A stretch of DNA of 49,279 bases, filler included, from Bipalium vagum (Eukaryota), in NCBI GenBank assembly GCA_037834085.1. It is 3 parts of 3 records of this genome, joined end to end, with 100 filler letters (N's around TTAATTAATTAA, not from the genome) between each part and the next. Parts side by side here need not be neighbours in the genome. Positions count along the whole stretch, not along the records: positions 17,227 to 33,288 come from JBBMKC010129221.1; positions 33,389 to 49,279 come from JBBMKC010139588.1; 1 more part is not named here. One strand, written 5' to 3'. A model generated the notes under the pieces. It made no database searches. It was not told the origin of the DNA and worked only from the letters and a program-made list of their open reading frames with translations. The position numbers and the translations under genes are program-made. Of the stretch, positions 27,373 to 41,500 are shown piece after piece (position 1 is the stretch's first letter; each line of letters begins with the position of its first letter).

Positions 27373-27659
27373 CTAAAATGAGTATTAAAAAATATTTAAA
27401 ACAATAACAACAAAAAAGAAATATAAAACAAAATAAATTTCCTTTATGGTTTCATAATGATTATTTATAATTAATTATTACTAATAATAATTTATTTTTA
27501 TTTTGAAGCTCAAATTTTGATATATTACTATCTCAGAATGAGTAGTAATGGGCTTTAATATTAATAGTATTTTCTTTATGTACACTATCTGCAAGAAGTA
27601 TTCTCAACGATAACTTCATTTATAAAATATTTCGATTTATAAAGTAATATGACACTTAC

Positions 27660-27696
27660 TCATTGAAAAATATTTGTAATCAGATGTACAGAACAT
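27660..27696 (-). CDS. Candidate first coding exon of the calmodulin-like gene (MFCTSDYKYFSM, phase 1)
   Basis: ATG-initiated open frame ending A|GTAAGT (perfect donor), phase-compatible with the acceptor at 27373. The peptide itself is not calmodulin-like. Confidence 0.3.
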
Positions 27697-28858
27697 TAAT
27701 CTATAAGTATCAAATAGCATGAAGATCAAAAACATATTTTCAAAAATCTATGGACTCAGGTTTGGAAAACTCAGGAAATTAAGACCACAGGAATTATTCG
27801 CACGATCATATTTATGAGATATAAACAAAAAAGTATTAAATGTATCTGGTATGTTTCATAATACACTACTATGTTTTCAATGACTTTAACCACACTTTAC
27901 GGTAATGTATAATCTGGTCAAAGTATAAATCCGTGCCCTCTTGAAAAAAGAAAATCCATGAGAAATATGGTGGATCTGCCGCCTTGTTTAAAATGACCGA
28001 TTGAAAAAATGACTTCACAGAGAGAAATATACTGTATAATTGACCAGAGGGGTACATTGGACAAGGAATTTTTTCAAACATATAACAATTATTTTTTCAT
28101 TGCATCTTAATAGCTTGTATTTTGTACAATATATTCATTTTAAATCATAATTACTTGTCTATTATATATGTATAATGAACGTTTTAATTACAAGTAATTA
28201 GATTTTGAAGAATGAACAAAATTGCAGAGAAAGTATGGGTCCACTGAGAAATTGATTATGTGAAAATAGATTCACCAAAACCTTAAAACAAAAGAATGCT
28301 AAATAACAAAGATTTTATAAAGATATTTATAATTTCTCTATTGATTGTTGAATATATCCAATGTTCCACAGGGGATTAGAATTGCAGATGACTGTAGAAA
28401 GAGAGAAAGGAAAAATATTTATATCTGGAAATTAGAGAAAATCTTTCAGGGATAAATAAATCCTTCATCTTAAAAAGGAGATTTTTTACTTTTTCCTAAT
28501 CAAATCGAAAACATAAAAGAGTTGTTGAATTCTTAATTAAGAATATTTTTTAATTGTATAAGATTTTCGCCCTATAATATATATTATAAATCTTTCAAAA
28601 CCAAATTATTCGTTTTTTTGGTTGGTAAAAAAAATATATTTTATATATTAATATTATTTTTTTCAAGTCTTAGAAATTACTTTTTGAGGTTACCTTTTGT
28701 AATTAAAGGTTATCTCTCTTATTCATGTTTCAAATAAATATTAAAGAAATAATTAATATATTATTTTTTTCAATTTTATTATTAGGTGAGAGTAAAAGTT
28801 AAGTATAATAATATAATTGTAATGAAATTACACAAAACGCACAATAATGTTTATTTAG

Positions 28859-29583
28859 AGAACCGTTCTCTCTTTGGTACCTGTTTTGGCAATTGTCCGG
28901 GGTCAAGTCACTGATTGTGTCTCTTCTAAAGAGACCCATTTTTCATCCGAGGTAACAATTCGGAATATAAAACGAGCATCAAAAAGATTTGAAATCAGTT
29001 TTTGGCATATCTCCATAATCAGTTTTATTTGATTTTCTGTCAATTCGTGAGGAATTTTTCGACAGCATCTGTTTACCTTATCCATTGAATGAAGATGTCT
29101 TAGAACTGATTTCTTTGAAATACCGAGTTCGTCAGATAATCTTTGAGTTTTGGTCGATGGATTAGCTTCAACTGTGTTGCGTATATATCTGAAATCGTTG
29201 GTAATCGGTCTTTCGGGCTGTCCTTGAGCTTGAAAGTGTTCTTGGCCTTGTTAAAATTTTTTGAACCAGTTTTGGGCCATACAAATTGAAACAAAGTCTT
29301 CACCCTCCATCTCACAGATCTTTTTGGCCGCTTGTGTTCACTGACATTTTGTTTCCAATGTCTTAACATTACTCTAATTTCCAATTTATCCATATTTCTT
29401 CTAAACAAATAAAAGTAGTATATTTACAATAATTTAATAAATAATAATTCACCGTCTGATGAAGGAAAATTTTATCTTCAAAATGAAATATAATTGTACA
29501 GATTTAAATATTTTTATCAATTAAAAAATTTATTTGAAATAGTAAAGCAAAAATACGAAAAAACTTATGGACCACTCCAATTA
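28859..29583 (-). mobile_element. 5' half of a mariner element with one TIR; pseudogenised transposase
   Basis: TIR-like TTGGAGTGGTCCATAAGTTT at ~29561-29580; MDKLEIRVMLRHWKQ, KIPHELTENQ and RIVTSDEKWV, with frameshifts. Confidence 0.88.
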
Positions 29584-30869
29584 TAACTCATTAAATTGAT
29601 TTTTATTGATTTTTATTTTATCGAACTTAATTGAAAATGTGGTAATTACTGATTTCTTTGTTTATTGTATAATTTAAATAAATTTATTGTGATTTCTGTG
29701 TTTTTCTATTTTAGAAACGCAACAAGTAGGTGACTGAGGAGTCACTGAGTTCGCCAATGTTATTGTTTTAGATCACATAGAGTTATAAAAGTAAAAATTC
29801 AGTTAAATAAATAAACATTTTTTGTTTAAAATATTTTTATCAATTATAAACTGATATTATTTATATACTCTGAAAGAAAATTACTAAAATAATAAATTAA
29901 AATTATATTTAATAATTTTATTACCAAATTTATAAACTTTTATTTTATCAGACTTAAGTAATTTTGAGTGGATACTTCAGTACAGAGGTTTTTGTCTAAT
30001 TATATTTTTAATATAGAATTTTATTTCTCTTTTAAAATATTAAGTCAGTACACATTTGAATTATATATTTATATATTAGATATTTTTATTTCCGTTGAAT
30101 GAAATATAATGCCAGAAATATTTTTATCTTCATAACAATTTTGTATTTAATTATTAATTCTGTTTTCCAACAAATTTGGAATATAGAAATTAGAGATGAT
30201 TTATGAATATTTGCTTTACAGAAATTCTATGTCAGCAGAAAATAAGACTTGTAAAATTCCTTATAAAATGAATGAAAAGAAATAATTGATTGGTTAAGTA
30301 AAGAGTACAAACAATACTATAAATAAGTTTAAAAATTGGAACTTTTTATTATTTTATAAAAATTATAAAACACAAATCAAAAATTGTTTCAGAAACTAAG
30401 ATTTATACTGTCTATTTTGTTCCTAAGTCAAGGTATTTCAAAGTATTAAATTTATTTGATCAGATTAAGAAAATAAGCCAATAGGACAGGTCTCAACCAA
30501 ATTGAATTTAATTTATGTATTTTAATTTATTTTTTTATATTGATTATTTAGCATCAAAATATATTATCAGGTCATCCCAGATGTTTAGATAGATTATAAA
30601 ATTAGATCTAGGCCTAAGTAATGTATTTTTTAAGGAAAACATTAAAAAACAAAAAGTGACACAGGACAAGTACAAGGTAGGTGCTGGAATATTGAAGGAT
30701 TTCAATCTAAAATAATTTTTACAAAACTTCTGATATTAAATTTTATTAGAATTTTTATGAATATATGTTTATTGGAGTTTATAATATAAAGTTGTTTTTA
30801 TAGTTATTTGTTAAAGTTAATCAATATTTTAGTATTTTCAATTAAAATGTTCAAATACAACAATAATAA

Positions 30870-31010
30870 TAAAGTGAGGAGCGCCCAGAAAGAATTTTTG
30901 ATGCTGCCTACCGGACAATGATTGAAAAAAATTCTACGTCCGTTAGTTGAAGACAACGAAGAAATTTGGTTACATTATGGTGACATTATTTTCCGGACTT
31001 AAATTCTAAG
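30870..31010 (+). mobile_element. Possible mariner HTH-region remnant
   Basis: SEERPERIFDAAYRTMIEKN...KFG resembles the ERPGRP/second-HTH region. A TIR-like TATCAGGTCATCCCA lies upstream at ~30565. Confidence 0.4.
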
Positions 31011-31555
31011 CTTGTGTCTTTCGAAATATTTTTGTTTTAGATTATTTATTTATTTAATTTAGATTAAAGTCATCCAGTCTTCCAGTCTTCAGTACATAGG
31101 CACTGTTGTTTTCTACATTGTCACTTCATTTGTAAAGTAATTTCATTTAGCCATCTTGTTTAATTTGTCACTCACTTGTGAATCTATAATGTATTAAAAT
31201 GTAAAGACTTATTATTATTTTCTATTTTGATGGGATGATATTATCACATCTCTTGTAACAGATAAAAAACCGTTTATTGGACATTGGAATTGTAACGAAA
31301 TATACAGTGTCCCAAAAGAAAATTCGATAATAGTCTATTTTTTATTTGACAATACAATGGAAATTTTTAGTATACCCTATATAATCTTTGTATACTCAGT
31401 ACATTTTTAAAATATAAAATGAAAATATCATAATTAAATACTAGGATATACAGTGAAAGAAAAATTTTAAGGTTCCACTGAAATCAATTTCGATTAATTA
31501 AAATTAATTTCAAGATATATTTTTATTTGTAATTTGTTTTAAGAATTATCCTTAA

Positions 31556-31880
31556 GACTAGTCTTATGCATTGAAAGTGAGCATTTTTTCTTTATTTAAT
31601 GAGTACTATAAATGTTAAATAAACAAAACGAAAAAGATAATTTATTCAAAATATTCTCTATCGTTAATAATAACTTTTTCCCATTTTTCAGGAAGCTGGT
31701 GAATTCCTCAATAAAAGAAATCAGCATCTTTGGTGGCTGTCCAATCAGTGATCTATTTTTGATCAAGGATTGAAAGCGCTTCACGGAAATTGAATGTGCC
31801 ATAGACGGAAACAGGTTGTAGTCAGAAGGGACGCAGTCTGGTAAATAAGCCGCATTGGATAGCACTTCCGATGAATAATA
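31556..31880 (-). mobile_element. 3' end of a mariner element (mauritiana-like)
   Basis: EVLSNAAYLPDCVPSDYNLFPSM (decayed YSPDLAPSDY) and GIHQLPEKWEKVIINDREYFE*. Confidence 0.85.
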
Positions 31881-32739
31881 GTACAAATTAAAATATTAAA
31901 AATGATAGTATTAAGTGTAATTATTATTATTATTGCTGTTATCTTGTAAAATTCGTTTCCTGCAATATTTAAGCTAAGTCAGGACAAAGACTATCTCCTA
32001 TGTTCTTAAACTAATATTTTTATTAATTTACGTTATAACACACAATTTTCTTATCATTTATTAATAAATAAGTATTTATATAAGCTGTTATATATGTTAT
32101 ATTTTGCTAATTTTTAGAGTCAGAAAATTCTTATTAATTTTTATTATTTATGAAATTTAAAATTTATTAATATTATTTTTTTTTAATTATTATTTAAATT
32201 GTTAATTATTTTATTTTGCTTCTTAAATCTTTAAAATTATAAATCCTTGCTCTAAGAATTGTAGATTAAAATAATCTTTTAATTAAAAATACGTTAAATT
32301 TTTCTGTAATTTCGAATTATAAAAACCAAAATTTTGGTCTTCGATTTTCTTTTGGTTTTATTGTAACTCTTCAATTTTAATTTAAACTTTCAATTATTTT
32401 TAATTAAAATTATTATCTCTCTCTCTATCTCTATCTATGTATCCATACATCAATTGTACTCATAATAATGTTTGTGTTAGCTTATGTTTTTTATTAATTT
32501 GTTTAAATTTCACAAGTAGAATATTTATCTCATTTTTCCTTCAACTTTATGATCATCCATCATCATTAGCAGCAACTTAATATAATTTTTTCCATAAGCT
32601 TCCTTGTAATTTTAAGAAATGTGGACTACAGCTTCATAATTGATAACTTTTATTATTAAGTTATCTAAAACATTTTTTCATGTATTATTGATAAAGAAAC
32701 ATCTCAAAAACTGATAAAGTCGTACTAACAACATTTTAT

Positions 32740-32945
32740 TTATGTCACTTCATTCATTTCAAATTCCAGTAGCTGAAATTTATACTAAAGTCTGAGACTC
32801 TATTTCTGCACTTAATGCATCAGCTGTATTTCATTTTTCTTAAAAACATTCTCTTATACCCTTCGTGACGCTATTGTTCTCGTGTTATCATGACGTTACG
32901 GACCATCATCACACTGATGCAACGCAATTCGTCTTCCTCGTGCTG
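32740..32945 (-). mobile_element. Highly decayed Tc1/mariner transposase remnant
   Basis: HDNTRT (compare HDNARPH) followed by KNEIQLMH. Support is weak. Confidence 0.3.
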
Positions 32946-33013
32946 CTTTTTTTTATTTTTACATATCAAAAATTTCATAAACTTCTTTATTAGTTATATA
33001 AAATAATATGATT

Positions 33014-33288
33014 TACAGGGTCGTCGAGATAAATCCGGAAATTTTTTTATCTTAATTAAAAGAAGGAAGATAAAACTAAAAACATTAAAAAAAATTGGCA
33101 CACAACTAAATGAATGTTTTCAAGTTTAGTATTATTCGATGTGATTACCATTATTGATCACAATCACAATGTTCTGCATGCTGGCTTCACTTCCTTCCTG
33201 TCCAATTTTGCAATTACTGTAAAATCCCGAGTATAAGCTGCAGCTAATACGTACATAAAGGCAACATTTTTGAATTGCAGCTAATATG
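33014..33288 (-). mobile_element. 3' end of a Tc1/mariner-superfamily (maT/DD37D-like) element, cut by the gap
   Basis: TA-CAGGGTCGTCGAGATAAATCCGG terminus; the minus strand ends ...AKLDRKEV..AC...VINNGNHIE*, resembling the GGHIE* C-terminus of this group. Confidence 0.5.
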
Positions 33289-33388
33289 NNNNNNNNNNNN
33301 NNNNNNNNNNNNNNNNNNNNNNNNNNNNNNNNTTAATTAATTAANNNNNNNNNNNNNNNNNNNNNNNNNNNNNNNNNNNNNNNNNNNN
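33289..33388. other. Assembly gap with artificial TTAATTAATTAA linker
   Basis: 44 N + 12-mer + 44 N. Confidence 0.95.
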
Positions 33389-35424
33389 AAGTCTATTTAG
33401 ATTTGTAGTCAAATCTAATAAACTTATCACAATAAAATAATTTACTAAGTGTTGAAGTTTTTCTTCTTGAAGCTGTTCACCGAGACTAATTGTTTGATGA
33501 TCCGTTTTTGTCCTTTTCCGATTTCTAGCTTATCGTTTGATATTCCCTTCTGTTTATTTGCTTCTGATGGTTCCTTCTGGCTTATTTTGACCCGGGCTTT
33601 GATTTTCGGTTTGAATCCGTTTTGCTCTTTCTAGAGTCTGAATTGGTATTGACTTTTTGTGTGTCTTGATACTGAAACACTTCAGTACTTATATTATTTT
33701 ATTTTTTGTATTTTTAATTTTAGTTACTTTATGTTACTATTTTTAGAATTCACCTTAAAACTTTTTATTATAAATTTATTTATAGAAATATTTATTGAAA
33801 AAATTATTTATAGTAACTTTATGTTAATTAACAATTTTTTCCAAATATTTTATAAATTAATCATCAAAATGTTTTTTTTAATTAATTATAATTATAATAA
33901 TTTTTTATTTATTATTTTTACTATAATTTTATATTTTAAACAGATATGACGGAAAATTAATTAAACTCCGGGTTTTAACTCTAAATAAAAATAAAATTAT
34001 ATTTGAATATAAGACAAAAACACAAAAATATAAAAGAACATTAAAACTCATAAAACACTATAATGTTTTTCAGAATAAAGAATAATTAATAGATTATCAT
34101 TTATTGTTATTTTGTCGAGATTTTGGACCGGGTCTGGGAGTCTCCATATCATTAATTATTAAGTAATTTAAAAATAATTTTTGATATATTAAATTCAATT
34201 TTGAATATTTTGAAAAAAGTCAAAAGTATTGTCACATATGAGTGAATTTTAGCTTAGCAAATGATGTTACGATTGAAAACAGTTTTGTAATCCATAACTA
34301 ATTTTGGTTAATATTTATAATAAATAGCACCAGATTGTCTATTTTTTGAGCAAAAAATACCAATGTATTAGAATTACTTAAGAGGTATAGGATTCGCTCT
34401 AGATATAGTTTTAAAACCAATTGAACCTAAAAATACAATAAATTAGGTGTAATTATTAGAGATAACCTTTTAAGAAAATACGCTTATTAGATATGAAAGT
34501 ACCATATGACATGCAGGCTAACTTTTAAAATAAATCAAAGCACAAAATTTCAGACATCACTAAATACAATCGTTCTTGGTTTTCTTGGCTCATGGGACCT
34601 AAAACGACTTTGCTCCTTAAAATAGAAATCAATATACTGTCAAATTTATTAATTAAAAACGTAATTCAAGAGGTTTACAATCTATACTTAAATCATGTAT
34701 ATAAGGAAAATAAAACTAACTTTGAATTACTTGAAATCTAAAATACTAATTAATAACATTTTAAAAAAGAAATTACTTTTCTCTCAAACTTTCAATTTTG
34801 ATACTATTTTTCTCAATGAAATATAACTTTTAGCTCACAGTTCTAACTTTTTTACTATTCTGTTCGTTTTATAGAAACTATTAAAAAAACCAAAATTCAG
34901 TTGAATCAAAGCAATCGCAGAAGACCTTATCTCGTTTCTCACCCGAAAGTGAATCAAAAAATCACAATATAACTTATAAGAATCTATACCAATCACAGAA
35001 AATTACAATGTCTGGAAATCACTAAAACACTAAAGATTCAGTCAGTTGTATTAAATATCTGAACGTCAATGGATTAATAAAATATATTAACATTACATTA
35101 TTAATTCAAATTCAAAATCACATTAAATAACTAAAGAATTAAAGAGCATGTTACTTAAATTAAAGGTTAAAATCACCAAACAAATGTTAATCAAATGAAT
35201 GAATGACAATTAAAACAAAAAATATAATAACAATAAACTTCTTAACAAATGTCTTTCTTGAATGCTTTTGATTACTAAATTGTGAGGAAATGCTTCTCCT
35301 TATAAACTGATTCTAAATTAATCAGTTTGGATATGAGCACCCTTTATTTTCCCAAATGTGCTCCTTGAAGGTCACTCTCATAATAATTTAATTATTTCTT
35401 ATAGATGTTAAGTAGGCTTTAATT

Positions 35425-35678
35425 AACTTTAGGGAAAAATTGACAAGGATTTTATAAAAGGTTAATTAAGATCTATAACCTAATTAATTAATATTTTAAA
35501 TNNNNNNNNNNNNNNNNNNNNNNNNNNNNNNNNNNNNNNNNNNNNNNNNNNNNNNNNNNNNNNNNNNNNNNNNNNNNNNNNNNNNNNNNNNNNNNNNNNN
35601 NAACTTTAGGGAAAAATTGACAAGGATTTTATAAAAGGTTAATTAAGATCTATAACCTAATTAATTAATATTTTAAAT
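35425..35678. other. 100-N gap (35502-35601) flanked by an exact 77-bp direct duplication (unmerged contig overlap)
   Basis: 35425-35501 is identical to 35602-35678. Confidence 0.9.
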
Positions 35679-38552
35679 TGGTATTTCTAGGATTTTGAAT
35701 TTCTTTTAAGGGTTTTCGTGAGTCCCTTTGGGAAACTCAGCAAAGTTAAAACTAAAAATTAATTTAGGATCATGTTTTTTTTACAGAAATGACTAACAAG
35801 TCTCTTTTATAACCGATCTCAATTTTCTCAAGTTAATATTAAATCAAGAAGCAGCATGGTGATGGGTATTCCACCCTATTCAATCATGTTTTAAGGGAAA
35901 ACAGTCTGTTATTACTATAATTATTACTGATTGTGTTTTCAAATTCAAAGAAATTCAGAATACTTCTAAGTAAACGTGCCCATTAAAAAAAAAGCAACAC
36001 TTCTTTTTTTAATTTCTTTTTGATCTTCACTTAGTTTATTTCTCTCTTTTTCATCAATCTTGGCAGCACAGAATACAACACATACTCATCATTTACAAAT
36101 AAAAGGAAAGCCAAAACTTACCGGAGCCTAGAATGGAGAACTCACAACTCTCTTAATACATCAGTCCCTAATTATTCCGAAAATATCATATGTAAAAGAT
36201 AAATCCCACTGCTATATCACTTTTCGACCTCTAATTTATTATTATTGTTATTATCATCGATCGTATATTTCTAAATCTAGGGTTAGTTCCTTTGGCAAAC
36301 ATAATCATTTTTTAATATCTCTGAATGATAACCAATGTCACTTAACATCACTTTTCACTAAAAAATTATGTTAATAAGTTATTTTTCAATAATTCAATAG
36401 ACTGCTTTTCTTTATAAAAAATTACTGGCGATTAATTCATGCTCATCATCATGCAACAGAGGTCAATGCTGAGTTCTGAGTTGGGGATATTTTTAAAATA
36501 TTTCACAAATTAATAATCTGAAGTGATGATATATGAATATTAAAGCTGAATTTGACTGATTCAAATATTTGGATTAAATGAATCTCATTTGGATTGAGAT
36601 CCAAATAATTTATTTGATGTTAGTCTATTTCTATTCGTTTGATCAATGGTATTGTAATTTGTTTTTCTTTTCTTTTTTTGTATTTTTGTAATTTTCTTTT
36701 TCTGATATATTTTCAACTTCCTTTGGTATTGTTGACATTATTAAAAATGTTTTCTGTTTCCAAAACTATTAAATCAAAATAAACTGTTTAAAATCAATGT
36801 CGAAAGGTCATTTTCGAAAGAAAAGGCATATAGATAAAAAATTGCCTCGATTTATTTTCTTTCTGGTTTTATTCCAAAATCTATGAATATTAGATATTTT
36901 TAAAGAATAATTATAATTATCGTCCACTACGATAAAGGATTAAAATGGTTTTAAAAAGTCAGCTTACTAAAATGAATCTCGATCTTTTATTAAGTCAGTA
37001 AAATTTACATTTTAAGTATTACACTAAAATTTATATAACAGGTAATATATAAAGTCTGTTTTCTGTTTAACAAAAAACATGAAAAATAAGACATTTTTGT
37101 CTATAATAAATTTTTAAGTTCAAAATATGAATGATATTGTTATGGTCTAATTAATACATAATTAGAGCGTATATACATCTTAAGTAAACCAACAATGTTC
37201 TTCATAACTAATGGTGACAAATTTATTAACCATTTTTTTAAAAATAAATTATACTGATTTTGATTGCGTGAAAGAAATGTATTTTTTTATTATTTTGAGA
37301 ATTTGAAAGCAATGGAAATTTTTTATTTGAAAACTTATCTTCATTTGAAAAAAACCAGCGCAATGTTTCATCTCAAAAGGGCTCCTGATTATCTCCACTA
37401 TTTAATAATTTAAAAATTGGTTTTTCGAGTTTCAGACTCAGGTTTTCCATAAATGAGATTTTGAATTCTAAAATCTGTACTTCTGTTTCCAGTTTTTTCA
37501 TCAGTCGCCGAGAATTACCCTTAATGCGATCACGCCTGATATTTTTATTTTTACCGAATTTTTGATTTAAAACGTGATTAATAGCATCTTTTAATTCCCA
37601 GAACAATTTGACTCTCCGTTATACTATCGATGTTGCAGAATTTTAAAAATACTTAGACATGATACTGCTCTTGTTTATACAACATTTTTATAATAAAAGT
37701 CAATAGGAATGAGTGGTTTTATAATCACATGAAGTAAAAATTTAATTTAAAGGTTACCTGAATATTTTAACAAATAATTCGCCATATACAAAAATTAAAA
37801 TAATTGAATATTTACGCTTAAAGTTTCCGAACTTTTATCGCACCTTGTACAAAACTGTGAAAAATAAACTTGAATAAAAACAACTAAGAAATTTAAACTA
37901 TTAAATAATAATCATGTTTATCTTTCAAATACAAAAAATCTTAAATAAACTATCACACTGGGATTTTAATTCTTTAATTCTATATATTTTAAATATTAAT
38001 TTAATCTCTTAATAAATTTTTTATATTTTAAATTAATCAAATTGAATATTTTTTAATTAAATGTTATTATTATTATTATTAATTAATTTTAAAATGAAGA
38101 TTTCTTATCTGCTTTCTGAATTATACGGATAATAATCGAAAATAAATCATAAAATTATTCTACCAATTTTCTTTTTAAAAAAACTAGATCTATAAAAAAT
38201 TTCGTTGGGCCTTCAAGTAGTGGGAAAAGTAAATTGAGAATTTTTTCCATATATTATGAAAAATATTCAGCTAGCACAAATAAAATGTTAATAAATAAAC
38301 TGGAAAATAATAAAACAGAAAATATTAAAGATTTTTTAATAATATATAAGTAAACGAAGGATAAAATACATTTTCCCGTTTTGATTAATATTGTTCATCT
38401 GGGAAAAATCAAATCATCGAACTGAGGAAAACAAAATTTGAATAAAATCTTTAAAAAAGAAATTTTTAAGAACTGAAATAGTAAGTAGACATTAAAACGA
38501 GAATTTTTGTTGATGTTAATAATCGATAATTAGAAGAAAAGCATAAAAATGT

Positions 38553-41500
38553 TTAGCAACCCTTAGTACTTCCTGAAAGTAAATTATCAGTCGCGTGAGG
38601 TTTACGACAATGGAGAAGTTGAGGTAGGTAATTTATGTTTGGTATAAGTAGATGACACAGTCCAATTAGATTTTGTGGTTTGCCAAGACCTGACAAAACC
38701 CCAATGGACGCTCCAACTTTAGCAGCTCTGCCACATAACATATCAGTTTGAGAATCTCCAACTAATAAAGTTTCATTGGGAGAAATCTACAATTTGTTGC
38801 ATACCACACATTATTATCTTGCTTATAAAATACTTTTTGTTAAGATATAAACTGTCACAAAATCTTACAATTATTACTAAAAATTCAAGACAAGATAAAC
38901 TAAACTTTCAAGGGTTATTTTTTAGCCTCGTTCGAACCATAAATTTATTCAAAATAATGTGATTAATTAATTCATTTTTTGGAAATCAATATTTCATGTT
39001 CAGAGTGACTCTTTCACTGCTGTAATTATTTTGTCTTAAAATATTTTGATTTCTTAAGGAAAAATAGAAAGAACAATCTCTGTTATTCACAACTAATTTA
39101 ATTTTAAAAATTTTCTGTTTCATATATTTTTCTCTCAAACAAAGAAATAATTACTTCGAATTGGCTATCTTTCTTTTGATTTAAGCAAATGATTATTGCG
39201 CCAATACAAAACAAGTGTTGCATTTTTTTTCTTTTAAAATAAAAAGATAATAAAATGCAGTCAGTTGAACTTAAATTTCGAAGGGTAAATTAACACGAAA
39301 TTTAACTCAGAAAAATTAAAAATATGAAAGATTTATCATATGCATGAATTTCGTGAAACTTCGAACGTTTAAAATTATAAGGTTTACCAAAAATAAAAAA
39401 TTTCCAGACATCCCACAGAAATTTACTGGAATTTTGTGTAAAAATGTATGTTTTATGCTTAATGATGAATGGTATAAGGAAATAGACGAAGTTATCACGC
39501 GATCGTCTTTACGACCAACACTCATCAATATTCATGGAAATGAAAATTGAACAATATTACATCATTGCAAAAGTTCTGGTTCGATTTGAGACTGTGTTAT
39601 ATGATCACTCAACAGATTAAAATATATTTTGGTATCCAGCACATACGACAGAGTTAGATAAAAAAAATCTTCATTTGTGCCTCTGGCAAACCAAACAAAA
39701 CATTCAACAGGCTATCAATAATTTCTGGACCAAAAAAGGTTCAACTCTCCACGATCCAAACCTACGGATACTTTTATTTAAAAATTTTCAATTTTTATTT
39801 TGTCTATGTTCCAATCCTATAAATACATCTGGACATGTAATTTGTGACAGAACCAATCCTCATTATCAACCCAATAAATTAAGCTATTTTGTTAAGTGAA
39901 TTTTTTTCGTTTAAAAAATAGCTCATTACAAAATAATTGGAAAATGAACTCTGAATTATTAACTGGCGTTACCAATAATACGTAAAATAATAAAAACATT
40001 AATTAAGATAATATAATAATAAAATATAAATGACGTAAGATAATATAAGATGTATGCATAAATTTTAAACTCTCATTTAAACAACTAGATTTTAATCTTT
40101 GCTTAATTGTATTAAAAAGTTATTTATCTATCAAAAAATTTAATACGTACTTTTTTTTAGTAATTTTAAAATAATATAAAAATTATAATCCATGATGGCA
40201 GATTATAAGGTATGCTTATGACATTGATTCCTTGAGTTCAAATCAGGAAAAATGCTGCTAAAGCTTACAAATCAATGTGTTCCATTCTTGGTGAAGGAGC
40301 TTTTTCTCATAATTTGTAAATAGTTGTTAACTTTGATGTAAGCGACAGAGATAATACTAATGAAACACACAAAATAGAAACAGGTCGAGGGGAAGCTTAC
40401 TACTGAATGAAATCTCGGAATGAATACAAGAGCAACTAACAACTCAACTAGAAGTTGATCAGGCAACAATTTCCAGATGATTATATGACATAGAAAAAAT
40501 CATGAAGCTTGGAAAAAGGGTACCACAGAAACTTTCCGAAATCAAGATCAAATTAACGACTTATTATGTCCTTCTCTACATTCAAAGTACAACAGATTTT
40601 TTGGAAAATTGTTACTAGTGGCGAAAAGAGGATTCAATACTAGAATCATAAACGTAAACATTCAGTGGCTATTTCCTGTCACAGTAAAGCAAAAAATCCA
40701 CAGGAAAATTCTTTTATGTTGTGGGATTTGAAGTTTACTCTATTATCAGTTGCTATAACGGTAAAAAAAAATGTATAACGCTACAGTGATCAATTAAAGC
40801 TTTAAGGTCATTTAGTGGACAAAACAATCTTCAAGTTAGACGGGGATGTTTTTCCTCATGCGACTTATTCACCAGACTTGATCATTTATTATTATTTTTT
40901 CAGGTCAATGCAAAATTCCTTGGCTTGACAGAAGTTTCAGATGTATCACATCCGAAAATTCATCAATGACTTTACTGCCTCCAAACCAACACTACTTTCG
41001 AGACGAAATCCACCAGGTCCCAAAGCGATAGCAGAAGGTCATAGCCAGTAGTGGAAAATACTTTGATGATGAAATTGTAATTGATGTTTGAAAAAATAAG
41101 GTTTGAGTTTTGTAAAAAAACTAAAATTTATGCATAGACCTAATAAAAAAATATGAAAAATAATAAAAATTATATCCAAGAATAAAGTACCTGAAGGTCA
41201 TAGCATATTTTGAAAATTGAATGAGGCAAAGGTTTATAATTTGGACTAACATCTTCGGCACTAACGATAGTATCAAAAAGATCATCAATATTGTTTCTTT
41301 TAATAAAATTGGTAATGCTGTTTCGCAAGTCGTTGCTGTTCAGTGCTAATTTTATCCCTTTGTTCTTAAGTTCGATAAGGGTATCTTTAAAACTCGGTAA
41401 CTCTTCATCACCAAAAACTGAAGTGTCTACCCAAACCTGAAAGTAAAAAATAATTCGATGTGCTTTTCGATCATTCGTTCTGCAATTGGAATAATATTTT

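Noticed and set aside
27373-27465. Non-canonical donor after NHYETIK as the calmodulin-like upstream exon (ETIK|EIIEAF resembles EQIA|EFKEAF)
   Set aside because: There is no GT or GC donor in the required phase and no nearby in-frame ATG or clear acceptor. It cannot be supported without transcripts.
35425-35678. 77-bp direct repeat as a biological duplication or LTR
   Set aside because: The exact copies abut both sides of a 100-N gap, which is typical of an unmerged contig overlap.
37373-37606. 77-aa basic ORF downstream of the HAD gene
   Set aside because: No recognisable motif or convincing splice partners.
39255-39900. ORFs 39344..39550 and 39675..39899 as a nested gene or Tc1 relic in the HAD intron
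   Set aside because: Only vague transposon-like traces; no diagnostic motif I can defend.
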